Positions 36,980 to 47,194 of a stretch of DNA of 64,000 nucleotides are shown here, in pieces; within the stretch, counting starts at the first letter, position 1; every line of letters begins with the position of its first letter. The DNA is taken from positions 74,087-138,086 of the forward strand of contig JAQTZZ010000002.1 of NCBI GenBank assembly GCA_028687545.1. Reading direction: 5' to 3'. Made by a program: the position numbers and the translations under genes. This stretch comes from Candidatus Wallbacteria bacterium. GTDB taxonomy: Bacteria > Muiribacteriota > JAQTZZ01. Under the pieces are notes generated by a model that was given only the letters and a program-made list of their open reading frames with translations, had not been told where the DNA came from and searched no databases.

Positions 36980-39900
36980 GTGAAATTATGTTGGTTGTTC
37001 AACGGAGCCTCTCAGATGACTGAATTAGATAAAAATCCACATCATGCCGTCAATGAGCAGATACGTTTACTGCTGCAATCCGAAGATGAGACTGAACGCA
37101 AGCAGGCGATCATCCAGCTCGCCAAAAAACCGAGCCGCGAAAATTTCCTGACGCTGCAGAAAATAGCTGATTTCGATGAATCGGTCGAAGTGCGGTTTTA
37201 TGCCAAAAAAGCCTTGAATGTTCTGAAAAGCAGAATCACTCCCAAATTGTCCGAAAAGAAAACCGCCTATTTCAGTCCTGCTGAAATCGAGAATTTTTTT
37301 GAAGGAAAGACCGAAAGCAGCCAGGCGGTACCGATCATTCAACACCTGGTCAATACTGGTTTGAAAGAAAAGCTCCCGGAGTTGATCACTGTATTGAACC
37401 GGGAAAAAGATTCCAACATCCTGGCTGCCCTGCTGATTGCAATCGGCAAATTCGGATCAGAGAGCGAAATTAAAACTATCGCCCCGTTTCTCTCCCACGA
37501 AATTCCCAGAGTCAGGGCCAACGCAATCGACGCGCTGGAAATGATCGGCAGCGAGCGGGCCTATCCTTTTGTGATCTCGAAACTGGAGGATGCCGACAAC
37601 CGAGTCCGAGCCAACGCGGTACGGTTCGTAAGGGAACTCGGCGGAGTGAACACTCTGAAAATACTGCGCACCATGGCCGGTTCTCCCGGTGTCGCGATGC
37701 GCGCCTCGGCAGCCTATGTGCTGCAGTATTTCCCCACTCAGGAAAACATGGAAACTGTATTGACATTATTCAATGACCGCGATCTGACTGTCAGGAACAA
37801 TGCGCTTAAAACCCTGCTGATCTTTAAAAAGAAAGGAGTGGGGAAAGCGGAAGAGATCTTGAAAAAGCTGGGCAAAGAGGCAGAAATAAAAGCGGAAAGC
37901 CTGGAAGAGATCGAACATGAAACGCAGGACACTGCCGAGACAAGGGACAGGCTGAAGACCGTATTGAACAGTTCAGACCCGGGGATGCGGCTGAAAGCGA
38001 TAGTGGATACAGTGGAAAAAGGCTCAGGCGGAGCAATACTGCTGGAGCATCTTTCAAAAGAAAATGATCACAAGGCAATCGCCACTATCATTATCGGTCT
38101 GGGAAAACTCCAGTATCGGAAGGCACTTCCGGTGCTGGTAAAATATCTTAAATCAAAAGATGCACGCTGCCGGGCAAATGCTGTTGAGGCAATCAGGTTA
38201 ATCAATGATAAAGACAAATTAAAGGAAATAATCCCGCTTTTGAAGGATGAGAACAACCGGACCCGGGCGAACTCGATCCTGGCTTTGAAAGATGAGAAAA
38301 ACGCCGGAATCTATGCCTCGCTGCTTGAGATGGTCAAATCTGAAACGAAAGAGATGCAGCTGTCCGTGATCTACGTCATCATGGAGCTTGAAGATCTGGA
38401 TTACTATGAATTTCTGCTCGAACTTGAAAGGTCAGGGCATCCGGAAGTCTCGAAAAAAGCACGCGACAGCATTAAAACACTGGAAAGTCAGGGCATAAAA
38501 GTTCTGATAAAAACGGAAACCGAACGCTCGAGCCGGGTGTTCCGGATCTATGTCAGTTCGACCTTCAGCGACCTCAGGGAAGAGAGGGAAGCGCTCCAGG
38601 CGAAAGTTTTCCCGAAGTTGAGTAAGCTCTGCCGGCAGCATGGCTATCGTTTTCAGGCTGTCGACCTGCGCTTTTTGATTACGGAAGAAGATGCAATAGA
38701 CCAGCAGACGATGAAGATCTGTTTATCCGAAATCAAACGCTGCCAGGCAGTCTCCCCCAGGCCTAATTTCATGATTCTTCTCGGTGACCGCTATGGCTGG
38801 CGGCCGCTTCCTGCCGAGATACCGGAAAGTGAATATTATAAAATTTCGGAAAAGCTCCGCGTGAAAATAAAAATGGGTAAATTCACGGCCGAAGACCTGA
38901 AACTGCTTGATTCATGGTATAAACGCGACCTGAACGCTTTATCCAAAAAAAAGGATTCTGAAACCTTATGGGTATTGCAGCAGCGGACAGGCGAATATGC
39001 AGAATTGAAATGCTGGGAGAAAGTTGAACAGAGGCTTTCTCATATCTTGAGACAGGCGACAGGAGATTTCCAGGGGGATCGACGCCTGTTTTATAATGTC
39101 TCAGCCGTTGCGCAGGAAATTGTCAAGGGTGCCCTGGAACACAGCAAAAACGCCAAAAAGCATGTATTCTGCTTTTTCAGGAAAATATCCAATCTGGATG
39201 ATCTGAAAATAGACTTGCGCTCAAAGAAATCACAAGTTAAAGATTTTGTTGATACTGATGCGGGAGGTGCCTTTGATCAGGAATCCCATGGCCTGTCGGA
39301 TTCACTCAAGAACATGTTGTACAAGACCCTGCCTCAAAACATCTTTGAATACGATGCCAGATGGGAAAAAGGCAAGCTGACGACCGGCCATATCGATAAA
39401 ATGTGCCGGGATGTTTATCAGGCGCTGTCCTGCGTCATCCTGGATAAAATAGCGCATGACGTCAAACTTACCCCGCTCGCCAAAGAAATCATTAACCATG
39501 AAAATTTCCGCTTGAAAATAGCAAAAAACTTTACCGGGCGGGGGGAATACCGGAAGTTCATCGCGGATTATCTGAAACCTGATGTAGAGCCAAAGGCACC
39601 CCTGGCGATTTACGGGCAAGCAGGCAGCGGAAAATCCGCTTTACTGGCTCAGTCGATCTCCGATGCGATTGAAAAATATGGTAGAAATACGGAGCAGAGC
39701 ACGTTTGTTGTAATCCATAGGTTTTTAGGGAACACGCCCGATTCATCGACTCTTCACTCATTACTGGAAAGCCTCTGCCGCCAGATAGCCCATCATTATG
39801 GCATTGATGAAAAATCGATCCCTTGTGATGATGACGGCCTGGAAATGAAATTCCTGGAATTACTGAGATCAGCTACTGCCAGAAAACCGCTGCTCCTGTT

Positions 39901-41767
39901 TCTGGACGCTCTGGATCAACTGCCGAATGATAACCATGCCCATGAATTGAGATGGTTGCCTCCCGAAATTCCGGAAAACGTCAGGTTGGTGGTCTCGACA
40001 TCTGCCGGCGCGATCACGGCAAACGACAAGTCCAGGGATGATTCAGAAAGTTGCCTGGAGCATCTGAAGAAAAAGATCCCTCAGGAAAACATCAAAGAAC
40101 TGCAAAATATGCCAGCCAGTGAAGGCTCGCTTCTGCTGGATTGCTGGTTAAAAAAAGCCGGCCGCCAATTGACGGGAGAACAGCGCTCCCTGATTCTGGA
40201 TAATTTCAAAAGGAACGGCAATCCCCTTTATTTGAAAATTGCCTTTGGGGAAGCCAGACGCTGGAAATCATTTACAAAGCCTGAAGAAATAAAGTTGAGC
40301 GCTGACCTGGCCGGCATCATCAAAGACCTGTTTAAGCGCCTGTCTCTGCCCCAGAACTGCGGAGAAATGATTGTCTCCCGCATACTTGGTTATCTTGCCG
40401 CAGGCCGCAATGGATTATCCGAAGAAGAGCTTTTGGAGATTCTGGCTGCTGATCCTGATTTTTATGGTTATCTTGACAGCCAGCTGCATTTAAGACTGCA
40501 AAAGTCCATAGAGAAAAAACAGATCCCGTTCGTGGTCTGGGCACGGCTTCATTTTGAACTCGCTCCCTATCTTTTAGAAAGCATGATCGGTGGATCATAC
40601 CTGCTGACTTTCCTGCACAGGCAGTTCAGCATGGCCGCAAAAGAAATGTATCTTTCGGGTCAGGATAGAAAGAAGCTGCATCAGGTTCTGGCCGGATATT
40701 TCGAGAATAATCCGGGAATGGATGACAGGAAATTTGACGAACTGCCCTGGCAGCTGTGCCGGGCTGAGAACTGGTCAGGCCTGAAAGATTGTATTACAGA
40801 TCTCTCTATGTTTAAAAAATTCCTGCTGGAGGGAAGAAGATCCGAATTGACAGGTTACTGGGCTTCTCTTGCCGGCAGATTCGATATGGTCCAGTCATAC
40901 AATCTGATGATCGAAAATCATGAAAACACTTCTCCTGCAGCCGCCGACTTCGCACTTTTAATAAATCAGACTGCCTCTTTCCTGCAAGATAATGCAAGAT
41001 ATGAAGGAGCTGAATCACTTTTCCGCAAAGCTCTGTCAATACAGGAAAAGGAAGTGGGGTCAGAACACCCTGACACAGCCCTCAGCCTGAACAATCTTGC
41101 CACTCTGCTTAAAAATAAAGGTGACTATGGTGGAGCGGAACTGCTTTACTATAGGGCTCTGGCGATCTGGGAAAAGGCCTTGGGCCCGGATCACCCGAAC
41201 ACGGCCCTCAGCCTGAACGATCTTGCAATGCTGCTTTACAATAAAGGGGACTATGAAGGTGCTGAGCCCCTTTTACGCAAGGCTCTGGCAATCAGGGAAA
41301 AGTCATTGGGTCCCGAGCACCCGGATACTGCCCTGAGTCTGAACAATTTTGCCATGCTGCTTTACAATAAAGAGGACTATCAGGAAGCTGAACCCCTTTT
41401 GCGCAAGGCCTTGGCGATCTGGGAAAAAGTTCTGGGACCGGAGCACCCAGATACCGCTCGAAGCCTGGACAATCTGGCAGGGCTTTTGAAAAATAAGGGA
41501 AGCTATTGCGAAGCTGAGCCGCTTTACCGCAGGGCTCTGGCAATCAGGGAGAAGGTATTGGATCCCGAACACCCTGATACCGCTCTCTCCCTCCACAATC
41601 TTGCGACTCTGCTTGTGACAATGGGAGACAATCTGGGAGCGGAACCCCTTTATCGCAGAGCTCTGATAATCTGGGAAAAGGTGCTGACCCCTGACCATCC
41701 ATGGACACGAGCTGCCAGAAACAATCTGGATTCTCTGTTACAGCGAAAGCAAAAAGGCACTGTTTGA
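36980..41767 (+). CDS. STAND-class NTPase: N-terminal PBS-lyase-type HEAT repeats, a DUF4062-like domain, a NACHT/NB-ARC-like P-loop NTPase, and C-terminal kinesin-light-chain-type TPR repeats
   Basis: HEAT units with VRxxAxxAL cover about aa 20-500. The segment SRVFRIYVSSTFSDLREEREAL...MILLGDRYGWRP lies around nt 38531..38820. Walker A GQAGSGKS is at 39614..39637. Walker B LLLFLDALDQL is near 39890. Six or more units of the form LGPEHPDTALSLNNLA..LL.NKGDY..AEPLYRRALAI.EK run to the C-terminus. Confidence 0.8.
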   Translation: MKLCWLFNGASQMTELDKNPHHAVNEQIRLLLQSEDETERKQAIIQLAKKPSRENFLTLQKIADFDESVEVRFYAKKALNVLKSRITPKLSEKKTAYFSPAEIENFFEGKTESSQAVPIIQHLVNTGLKEKLPELITVLNREKDSNILAALLIAIGKFGSESEIKTIAPFLSHEIPRVRANAIDALEMIGSERAYPFVISKLEDADNRVRANAVRFVRELGGVNTLKILRTMAGSPGVAMRASAAYVLQYFPTQENMETVLTLFNDRDLTVRNNALKTLLIFKKKGVGKAEEILKKLGKEAEIKAESLEEIEHETQDTAETRDRLKTVLNSSDPGMRLKAIVDTVEKGSGGAILLEHLSKENDHKAIATIIIGLGKLQYRKALPVLVKYLKSKDARCRANAVEAIRLINDKDKLKEIIPLLKDENNRTRANSILALKDEKNAGIYASLLEMVKSETKEMQLSVIYVIMELEDLDYYEFLLELERSGHPEVSKKARDSIKTLESQGIKVLIKTETERSSRVFRIYVSSTFSDLREEREALQAKVFPKLSKLCRQHGYRFQAVDLRFLITEEDAIDQQTMKICLSEIKRCQAVSPRPNFMILLGDRYGWRPLPAEIPESEYYKISEKLRVKIKMGKFTAEDLKLLDSWYKRDLNALSKKKDSETLWVLQQRTGEYAELKCWEKVEQRLSHILRQATGDFQGDRRLFYNVSAVAQEIVKGALEHSKNAKKHVFCFFRKISNLDDLKIDLRSKKSQVKDFVDTDAGGAFDQESHGLSDSLKNMLYKTLPQNIFEYDARWEKGKLTTGHIDKMCRDVYQALSCVILDKIAHDVKLTPLAKEIINHENFRLKIAKNFTGRGEYRKFIADYLKPDVEPKAPLAIYGQAGSGKSALLAQSISDAIEKYGRNTEQSTFVVIHRFLGNTPDSSTLHSLLESLCRQIAHHYGIDEKSIPCDDDGLEMKFLELLRSATARKPLLLFLDALDQLPNDNHAHELRWLPPEIPENVRLVVSTSAGAITANDKSRDDSESCLEHLKKKIPQENIKELQNMPASEGSLLLDCWLKKAGRQLTGEQRSLILDNFKRNGNPLYLKIAFGEARRWKSFTKPEEIKLSADLAGIIKDLFKRLSLPQNCGEMIVSRILGYLAAGRNGLSEEELLEILAADPDFYGYLDSQLHLRLQKSIEKKQIPFVVWARLHFELAPYLLESMIGGSYLLTFLHRQFSMAAKEMYLSGQDRKKLHQVLAGYFENNPGMDDRKFDELPWQLCRAENWSGLKDCITDLSMFKKFLLEGRRSELTGYWASLAGRFDMVQSYNLMIENHENTSPAAADFALLINQTASFLQDNARYEGAESLFRKALSIQEKEVGSEHPDTALSLNNLATLLKNKGDYGGAELLYYRALAIWEKALGPDHPNTALSLNDLAMLLYNKGDYEGAEPLLRKALAIREKSLGPEHPDTALSLNNFAMLLYNKEDYQEAEPLLRKALAIWEKVLGPEHPDTARSLDNLAGLLKNKGSYCEAEPLYRRALAIREKVLDPEHPDTALSLHNLATLLVTMGDNLGAEPLYRRALIIWEKVLTPDHPWTRAARNNLDSLLQRKQKGTV

Positions 41768-41845
41768 GTCAGCACCGCTTTCAGACAACTTTATTAGTTT
41801 TCTAAACTCTGATAAAATGTCATAAAAAATTAATCCGGAAAAAAT

Positions 41846-44800
41846 ATGCCTTCTAAAATTGTCTCTCAGAATCTCTCGATCATGATCACCGACATCCAGG
41901 GATTTTCTAATACTACAACCTCCAGTTCCCGTTCGGAGATTGTGGATCTGATCCGCAGGCACAAACAGCTGATGGTGCCGGTAATTGAATTTTACAAGGG
42001 CCGGATCTACAAGACCATGGGTGATGCTTTTCTGTGCGGCTTCAACAGTGCAACAGATGCAGTGGTCTGTGCCCTGATCGTCCAGCTGGTGCTCAAAGAA
42101 TTCAATGACCGGCTGCATGACGAGAGCAAGCAGATGCTGATCAGGGTTGTAATCAACTCCGGAGACGTGACCATCGAGGAAAACGATGTTTTCGGCGATG
42201 CGGTTAATATAGCGGCCAGGATGGAAGCCCTGCCCTGCTTTCCTGGCGGTTCGATCGGCATCAGTGAATCCACATATCTTCTAATGAATCGCAGTGAAAT
42301 AGTGTCTGAAAAGATCGGGCCGATGGAGCTTAAAGGCATTACCGAACCTGTGACCGTCTACCAGGTACCTGTGGCGAAACAGAAACTTACTTCAATTCCC
42401 AGGCATCTGCTGGAACTGATAGAATCAGTGTTCGATTCCAAGGATGCGAATCCTGAGACAGTCAAGCAGTGGAATGAGTCGATCCGCAATTTTCTGGGTG
42501 CCAAGCCTGAATCCGTATCCGGCCCGTCGAAAATTCAGGAAACACCCGACAAACTCAAGCTGAAAGCCGTCAAATCAGGGACAACCCATGTTGAAAAAAC
42601 AACCCATCCTCCGGAGGTACAGAAGGCGGTTCCGGAAGCTAAGGGCGGCAAAAAGAGTTTCAGAGACCTGAAAAATGAAGCTGATCCGCTCCAGGGGTTG
42701 ATCTCAGACCCATTCAGCGGAAAAAAAGGCAAAGAAGGAATTGCGGTGAAACGGGTGGGGAATGCGGAAATTTCTCAGCCTCATGTTGCTGTTAAGCCTC
42801 CCCGTACTCCAAATATTACCAGAGACCAGAAACCAGCTCAACCAAAACCCGCCGAAGCTGAACCCTTCGGAATGCAGAAGCTGCTGTTTCTGCTGGGTCT
42901 GCTTTCCCTGAGCCTCTGCCTGATTTTTTTCATGGTCCAGTACAGAAATGATCCCCGCCTCAACCTTCGTTTATATTCTTTCGGCCTGATCAGCAAGAAT
43001 TACGCAACTTCCCGAATTTCAGCGGAATTCCCTTTCCAGAATCCCGACATGCGCATTTTCATCATCAAATCCCTGATCGAAATAAAAGCTGACCCCAAAG
43101 AAGTGCTGCTGCTGATTTTTTCATCCCTGAAAGATCAGGCTGCCCAGGTTGCGGATTTCGCTGCCAAAAAATTGGATGATTATCTGAGAAACGACCCTGC
43201 TGCTTTTTCCGCACTGCTTCTTCTGCAGAAACACCGCAACCCGGATCTGGCTTCACAGGCTGCTCAAAAAATCAGATCAATCGGAGCCGATGATTTAGGG
43301 AAAATTCTCTCAAATTCGCTGAACAGCCAGGATCCTCTGGTCAGGGCAATGGCTTTGAAAGCTTATGCCGGCAGATCCGATGCACAGCAGGTGAGCCGGA
43401 AATTCCTGAGCGATGCCGATCCCCAGGTCAGGCTAGCTGCGCTCGACACCTGTTCAGGTTCGGACAGCAGTGAAACCACTGCCTCGGCACTGGCCGAATG
43501 CCTGGCCGACCCTGACACTGAAGTCCGAAAAGCAGCTGTGACTGCGCTGAAGCATTTCATCAGTTTTCCGTCATCTCTGGCCGCAACTCTGATCAAGGCC
43601 GTCAAAAGCGATGATCCGCAGGTGCGCCTGCTGGCGGTTTCCGCGCTGGGAACCGCCGGCTGCAACAGCAGCGAAGTTATTGCATCTCTAAAGGAAGCCA
43701 TGTCCGATCCAAATAAGCAGATCAATCTCCAGGCAATCCGTTCACTCCAGATGCTGGGAAATGCCCAGACCTCCCTGCCTGAAATGATCAAGGCTCTTTC
43801 GGACAAGAATCAAAAAATCAGCGGTTCCGCTTCAGAAACTCTTGCCAGCCTTCTTGCCAGCGAGGCGGCAATTCCATCGCTTGCGAACTGTATTTCAGAT
43901 CCCGATCACAGCGTCAGACTGTATGCGGCGAATGCCCTGGGAAATTTCGGCAAATCCGCATTGTCTGCTTATCCGATGCTCCTGGATGGTCTGAAAAACT
44001 GCGAATCATCAGATCTGAAATGCTTCACAGATGCGCTCAGCAAAATAGGCAGTGATGAGCCGGGCACAATTCCATATCTTACAAAAGCCCTTTCAGAAAA
44101 TTCCCAGCGCTTGCGTTTATTCGTGATCGACACACTTGGGCATTACGGTAAAGCTGCCAGCGATACGGCAGTTCAGCTGACACCACTTTATGCTGACGGC
44201 AGCAGGGAACTGCGTGGCCAGATTCTTAATACCCTTGGGGAAATCGAACCTGATTTCAAGATCTCCTTTTCCCTCATTTCCAAAGCTCTCACGGACAAGG
44301 ACGATTCCTTGCGCACTCAAGCGGAAGAAGTCCTGAAAAAACTGGCCGTCTCCACTGATGCGCTTCCATTGCTGCTGGAATCGCTCTCTCATAAAGACCA
44401 GACGATCCGTGCCACTGCTGCTTCAACGATCGGATTCTCGAACCAGGACCTGAAACCCGCCATACCTTTGTTGACAAACTGCCTAGCAGACCCGATAAAA
44501 ACCGTGAAAGACAATGCCGCAGCCTCGCTTATCAGAATTGGCGGACCCGCGGTTTCTTACCTTGGTGCAAAATTGCAGAGTTCGGACAACGCTGAAATCA
44601 AATTAGTGCTGGAGGTTCTGGACCGCTTTGGAGACCAGGCAGGAAGCGCAGTCCAGGCGATAGTTCCGAAGCTTAACGACCCTGATCTCGAAATCCGCCG
44701 GCTCTGCCTCAAAATCCTGGGAAACGTCCAGTCAGGACCTGAGTGCATTCCCGCTGTAATACAATTGTTAAAGGATAATGACCCTGAGGTCTGCCGGCTG

Positions 44801-45229
44801 GCAATCAAAGCTCTGGAAAAAAACGGAAGCACTTCTGCTGCGGCTATCCCGGAACTCACAGCCTCGCTTTCAAGTTCAGATCCTTATTTACGCCGTCTGG
44901 CCATTAAAGCCCTGGATTCCATTGACATTGACAAGAAAATAACAGGCACAACCCTGATCAGGGCACTCAACGGCAGCGACTCGTATTTGAGGGAATATGC
45001 GGATGAAGCTCTGACCCGCATGGATAAAAATCCTCAACTGGCGGTTGCCGCTTATGGAATAGCGCTGCATGACAGCGATCCATTTGTCAGAACCTATGCC
45101 GCCAAAGCCCTGAGCAGGTTCGGATCTGGATCCAGGGAATTTATTCCCGTTCTTCAGGAGATGGCTAAGAGCGACGAGAGTTTCACTGTCCGCAGCGCAG
45201 CCCAGGAAGCACTGAAAACGATCAAATAA
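41846..45229 (+). CDS. Class III adenylate/guanylate cyclase catalytic domain fused to a TM helix and a long array of PBS-lyase HEAT repeats
   Basis: The N-terminal 175 aa carry IMITDIQGFSNTT...YKTMGDAFLCGF...GDAVNIAARMEAL, the class III cyclase signature. A hydrophobic helix LLFLLGLLSLSLCLIFFMV lies near nt 42880..42945. At least 15 DPxxxVRxxAxxALG HEAT units follow. Confidence 0.75.
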   Translation: MPSKIVSQNLSIMITDIQGFSNTTTSSSRSEIVDLIRRHKQLMVPVIEFYKGRIYKTMGDAFLCGFNSATDAVVCALIVQLVLKEFNDRLHDESKQMLIRVVINSGDVTIEENDVFGDAVNIAARMEALPCFPGGSIGISESTYLLMNRSEIVSEKIGPMELKGITEPVTVYQVPVAKQKLTSIPRHLLELIESVFDSKDANPETVKQWNESIRNFLGAKPESVSGPSKIQETPDKLKLKAVKSGTTHVEKTTHPPEVQKAVPEAKGGKKSFRDLKNEADPLQGLISDPFSGKKGKEGIAVKRVGNAEISQPHVAVKPPRTPNITRDQKPAQPKPAEAEPFGMQKLLFLLGLLSLSLCLIFFMVQYRNDPRLNLRLYSFGLISKNYATSRISAEFPFQNPDMRIFIIKSLIEIKADPKEVLLLIFSSLKDQAAQVADFAAKKLDDYLRNDPAAFSALLLLQKHRNPDLASQAAQKIRSIGADDLGKILSNSLNSQDPLVRAMALKAYAGRSDAQQVSRKFLSDADPQVRLAALDTCSGSDSSETTASALAECLADPDTEVRKAAVTALKHFISFPSSLAATLIKAVKSDDPQVRLLAVSALGTAGCNSSEVIASLKEAMSDPNKQINLQAIRSLQMLGNAQTSLPEMIKALSDKNQKISGSASETLASLLASEAAIPSLANCISDPDHSVRLYAANALGNFGKSALSAYPMLLDGLKNCESSDLKCFTDALSKIGSDEPGTIPYLTKALSENSQRLRLFVIDTLGHYGKAASDTAVQLTPLYADGSRELRGQILNTLGEIEPDFKISFSLISKALTDKDDSLRTQAEEVLKKLAVSTDALPLLLESLSHKDQTIRATAASTIGFSNQDLKPAIPLLTNCLADPIKTVKDNAAASLIRIGGPAVSYLGAKLQSSDNAEIKLVLEVLDRFGDQAGSAVQAIVPKLNDPDLEIRRLCLKILGNVQSGPECIPAVIQLLKDNDPEVCRLAIKALEKNGSTSAAAIPELTASLSSSDPYLRRLAIKALDSIDIDKKITGTTLIRALNGSDSYLREYADEALTRMDKNPQLAVAAYGIALHDSDPFVRTYAAKALSRFGSGSREFIPVLQEMAKSDESFTVRSAAQEALKTIK

Positions 45230-45761
45230 AGCGCTTTCTTCCGAGGAAAATCACTGCCAATAACAGCAGTATCGCCAGGAATGCGTTGTATTCCTTATTC
45301 CGCACCGCAAGTTTCAGAGAAAATTTCGACTTGGCATAGGAATGAATCTTAGGAAAAAAAAGGGGAACTTGATTACTGTAATTCTCGAAATCGCTCCCGA
45401 AAAAACGTCGCAGATCGCTCTCTTCCTGCCGCATTTTTGGCAGATAGGCACAGCTAAAAGCTATGCAAAAACCAAGGATCAGAGAAACCGGAAGCAGCAG
45501 GACTGAAAATCCGAACCCCATCATGAAACTGCCGAAGTAAAGAGGATTTCTGGTCAGGGAGTAAGGCCCGCTCCTGGCGAGCTCTCGATTCTTGGAAATG
45601 GTCCCTGCCGCCCAGAAGCGTGTCAGTAATCCGGATAAAATCAGTAAAATTGCGGGTTTTCTAAGTTTCTCTTTCCGATAGCAAAATAAAATCAAGACAA
45701 ACAGGGCACCCAGGAACTTCCTGAAAAAATTTAATTGCCTGTAGGTCGGTTTTTTCATCAC
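45222..45761 (-). CDS. Isoprenylcysteine carboxyl methyltransferase (ICMT/PEMT)-family membrane methyltransferase
   Basis: The motif SGPYSLTRNPLYFG is present, together with a multi-TM profile. Confidence 0.6.
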   Translation of the reverse strand: MMKKPTYRQLNFFRKFLGALFVLILFCYRKEKLRKPAILLILSGLLTRFWAAGTISKNRELARSGPYSLTRNPLYFGSFMMGFGFSVLLLPVSLILGFCIAFSCAYLPKMRQEESDLRRFFGSDFENYSNQVPLFFPKIHSYAKSKFSLKLAVRNKEYNAFLAILLLLAVIFLGRKRFI

Positions 45762-45776
45762 AATCCAGTCCTCTGT

Positions 45777-46451
45777 TTACATTCTGCCGTCTGTTTCTCC
45801 ATGCGCCAGCATCAGGCCTCTGATGTCCCAGCCCGGAAAGCTTTCACAGGCTGCACGCAGCGTGCCACCTGTGGTGATAACATCATCAATTATAATGATC
45901 CTGCGTTTTTCCGGCAAACTTTCTGCCGGATTCAACCTGAAAGCCCCTGCGGGATTAGTAAGCCTTTGTGATCTGCCCAGCCTGACCTGCCGTTCTGTCC
46001 TGCGGGTTTTTAAAAGCAGGGGCCTGACCTGATATCCTGATGCGGCCAGCAGGGCAAGGATCGGGGAAAGATGATCCTGCTCAGGGTTTCCTGCACCACA
46101 GAAAGGTGGAATCCCGGCCAGCAGGGTCTCCTTTTCTTCTTCACCCAGCATCCGCTTGAAGATCCCGGCCATTAATGGCGCAAGCTTGAATTTTCCCCTG
46201 AATTTATAAGAAATTATCATCTTCCTGACTGTGCCGTCATAGGGATAGGCATAACTGGCTTCGTGCCCGTCAACCTGGATTCTACCCGGATTGAATTCCC
46301 GTTCGAGTGCTGTGAGACATTCCATACAGACAATCCTGTCCGGCGGGAGACGGACATCGCAACCAGGGCATTTCAAGGGGAAAAGAAAATTCAGAAACGA
46401 GTGGCAGGCTGAGCACAGTTCCTGCATCACCTGATGATGCCGCGACTGCAA
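45777..46451 (-). CDS. comF: ComF-family phosphoribosyltransferase-domain protein
   Basis: An N-terminal Cys4 zinc ribbon (CSACHS...CPGCD) is followed by the PRTase motif RRIIIIDDVITTGGTL. Confidence 0.7.
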   Translation of the reverse strand: MQSRHHQVMQELCSACHSFLNFLFPLKCPGCDVRLPPDRIVCMECLTALEREFNPGRIQVDGHEASYAYPYDGTVRKMIISYKFRGKFKLAPLMAGIFKRMLGEEEKETLLAGIPPFCGAGNPEQDHLSPILALLAASGYQVRPLLLKTRRTERQVRLGRSQRLTNPAGAFRLNPAESLPEKRRIIIIDDVITTGGTLRAACESFPGWDIRGLMLAHGETDGRM

Positions 46452-47185
46452 TTTTTGATGAAATCGATCAGATAACAGACCAGCTCTTCGTGCCCCAGCT
46501 CTTTTTCCAGGATTTTAAGCGCCTGAGTATTGTTGAGGCCTGAGCGGAACAAATATCTGTAAGCTTTTTTCAAGGTTGAAAGATCCCGTGGCGACAATCC
46601 GGCTCTTTTCAGACCGATCGTATTCAGTCCGCAGATCTCGGCAGGATTGCCGTCGCAGGTGACAAAAGGGACCACATCCTGCACCACTTTGCAGAGTCCT
46701 CCGATAATCGCAAGTTTGCCTACCCGGCAGAACTGATGAATCGCCGCCAGTCCCCCGATCACCACATTGTCCTCAATGGTGACATGGCCTCCCATGGTTC
46801 CGGAATTGGCTATGATCACATTGTTTCCAACCTTGCAGTGATGGGCGATATGGGAATAAGCCATGATCAGATTGTCGTTACCGATTTCAGTGGGTGTGCC
46901 GTCAGCAGGAGACGCATTGATAGTCACATATTCCCTGATGCTGTTGTTGTCCCCGATCTGGACAAAACTCTCTTCTCCTTTATAAGCCAGAGCCTGAGTG
47001 ATGTTGCCGATCACGGCGCCGGGATGAATCTTGTTGTTTCTGCCGATCCTGGTATGTCCTATGATCACCGCGTGATATCCGATTTCGCTGTGATCCCCTA
47101 TTTCGACGGAATCCCCGATCACTGCACCATAGCCGATCTTCACCCCTCGACCTATCTGGGCTTTTTTCGAGATATCAGCTTTCAT
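46427..47185 (-). CDS. lpxA: Acyl-ACP--UDP-N-acetylglucosamine O-acyltransferase
   Basis: Hexapeptide repeats run throughout: IGRGVKIGYGAVIGDSVEIGDHSEIGYHAVI. The protein is about 250 aa. The gene sits in a conserved lpxD-fabZ-lpxA context. Confidence 0.85.
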   Translation of the reverse strand: MKADISKKAQIGRGVKIGYGAVIGDSVEIGDHSEIGYHAVIIGHTRIGRNNKIHPGAVIGNITQALAYKGEESFVQIGDNNSIREYVTINASPADGTPTEIGNDNLIMAYSHIAHHCKVGNNVIIANSGTMGGHVTIEDNVVIGGLAAIHQFCRVGKLAIIGGLCKVVQDVVPFVTCDGNPAEICGLNTIGLKRAGLSPRDLSTLKKAYRYLFRSGLNNTQALKILEKELGHEELVCYLIDFIKNCSRGIIR

Positions 47186-47194
47186 GATCGTCCC

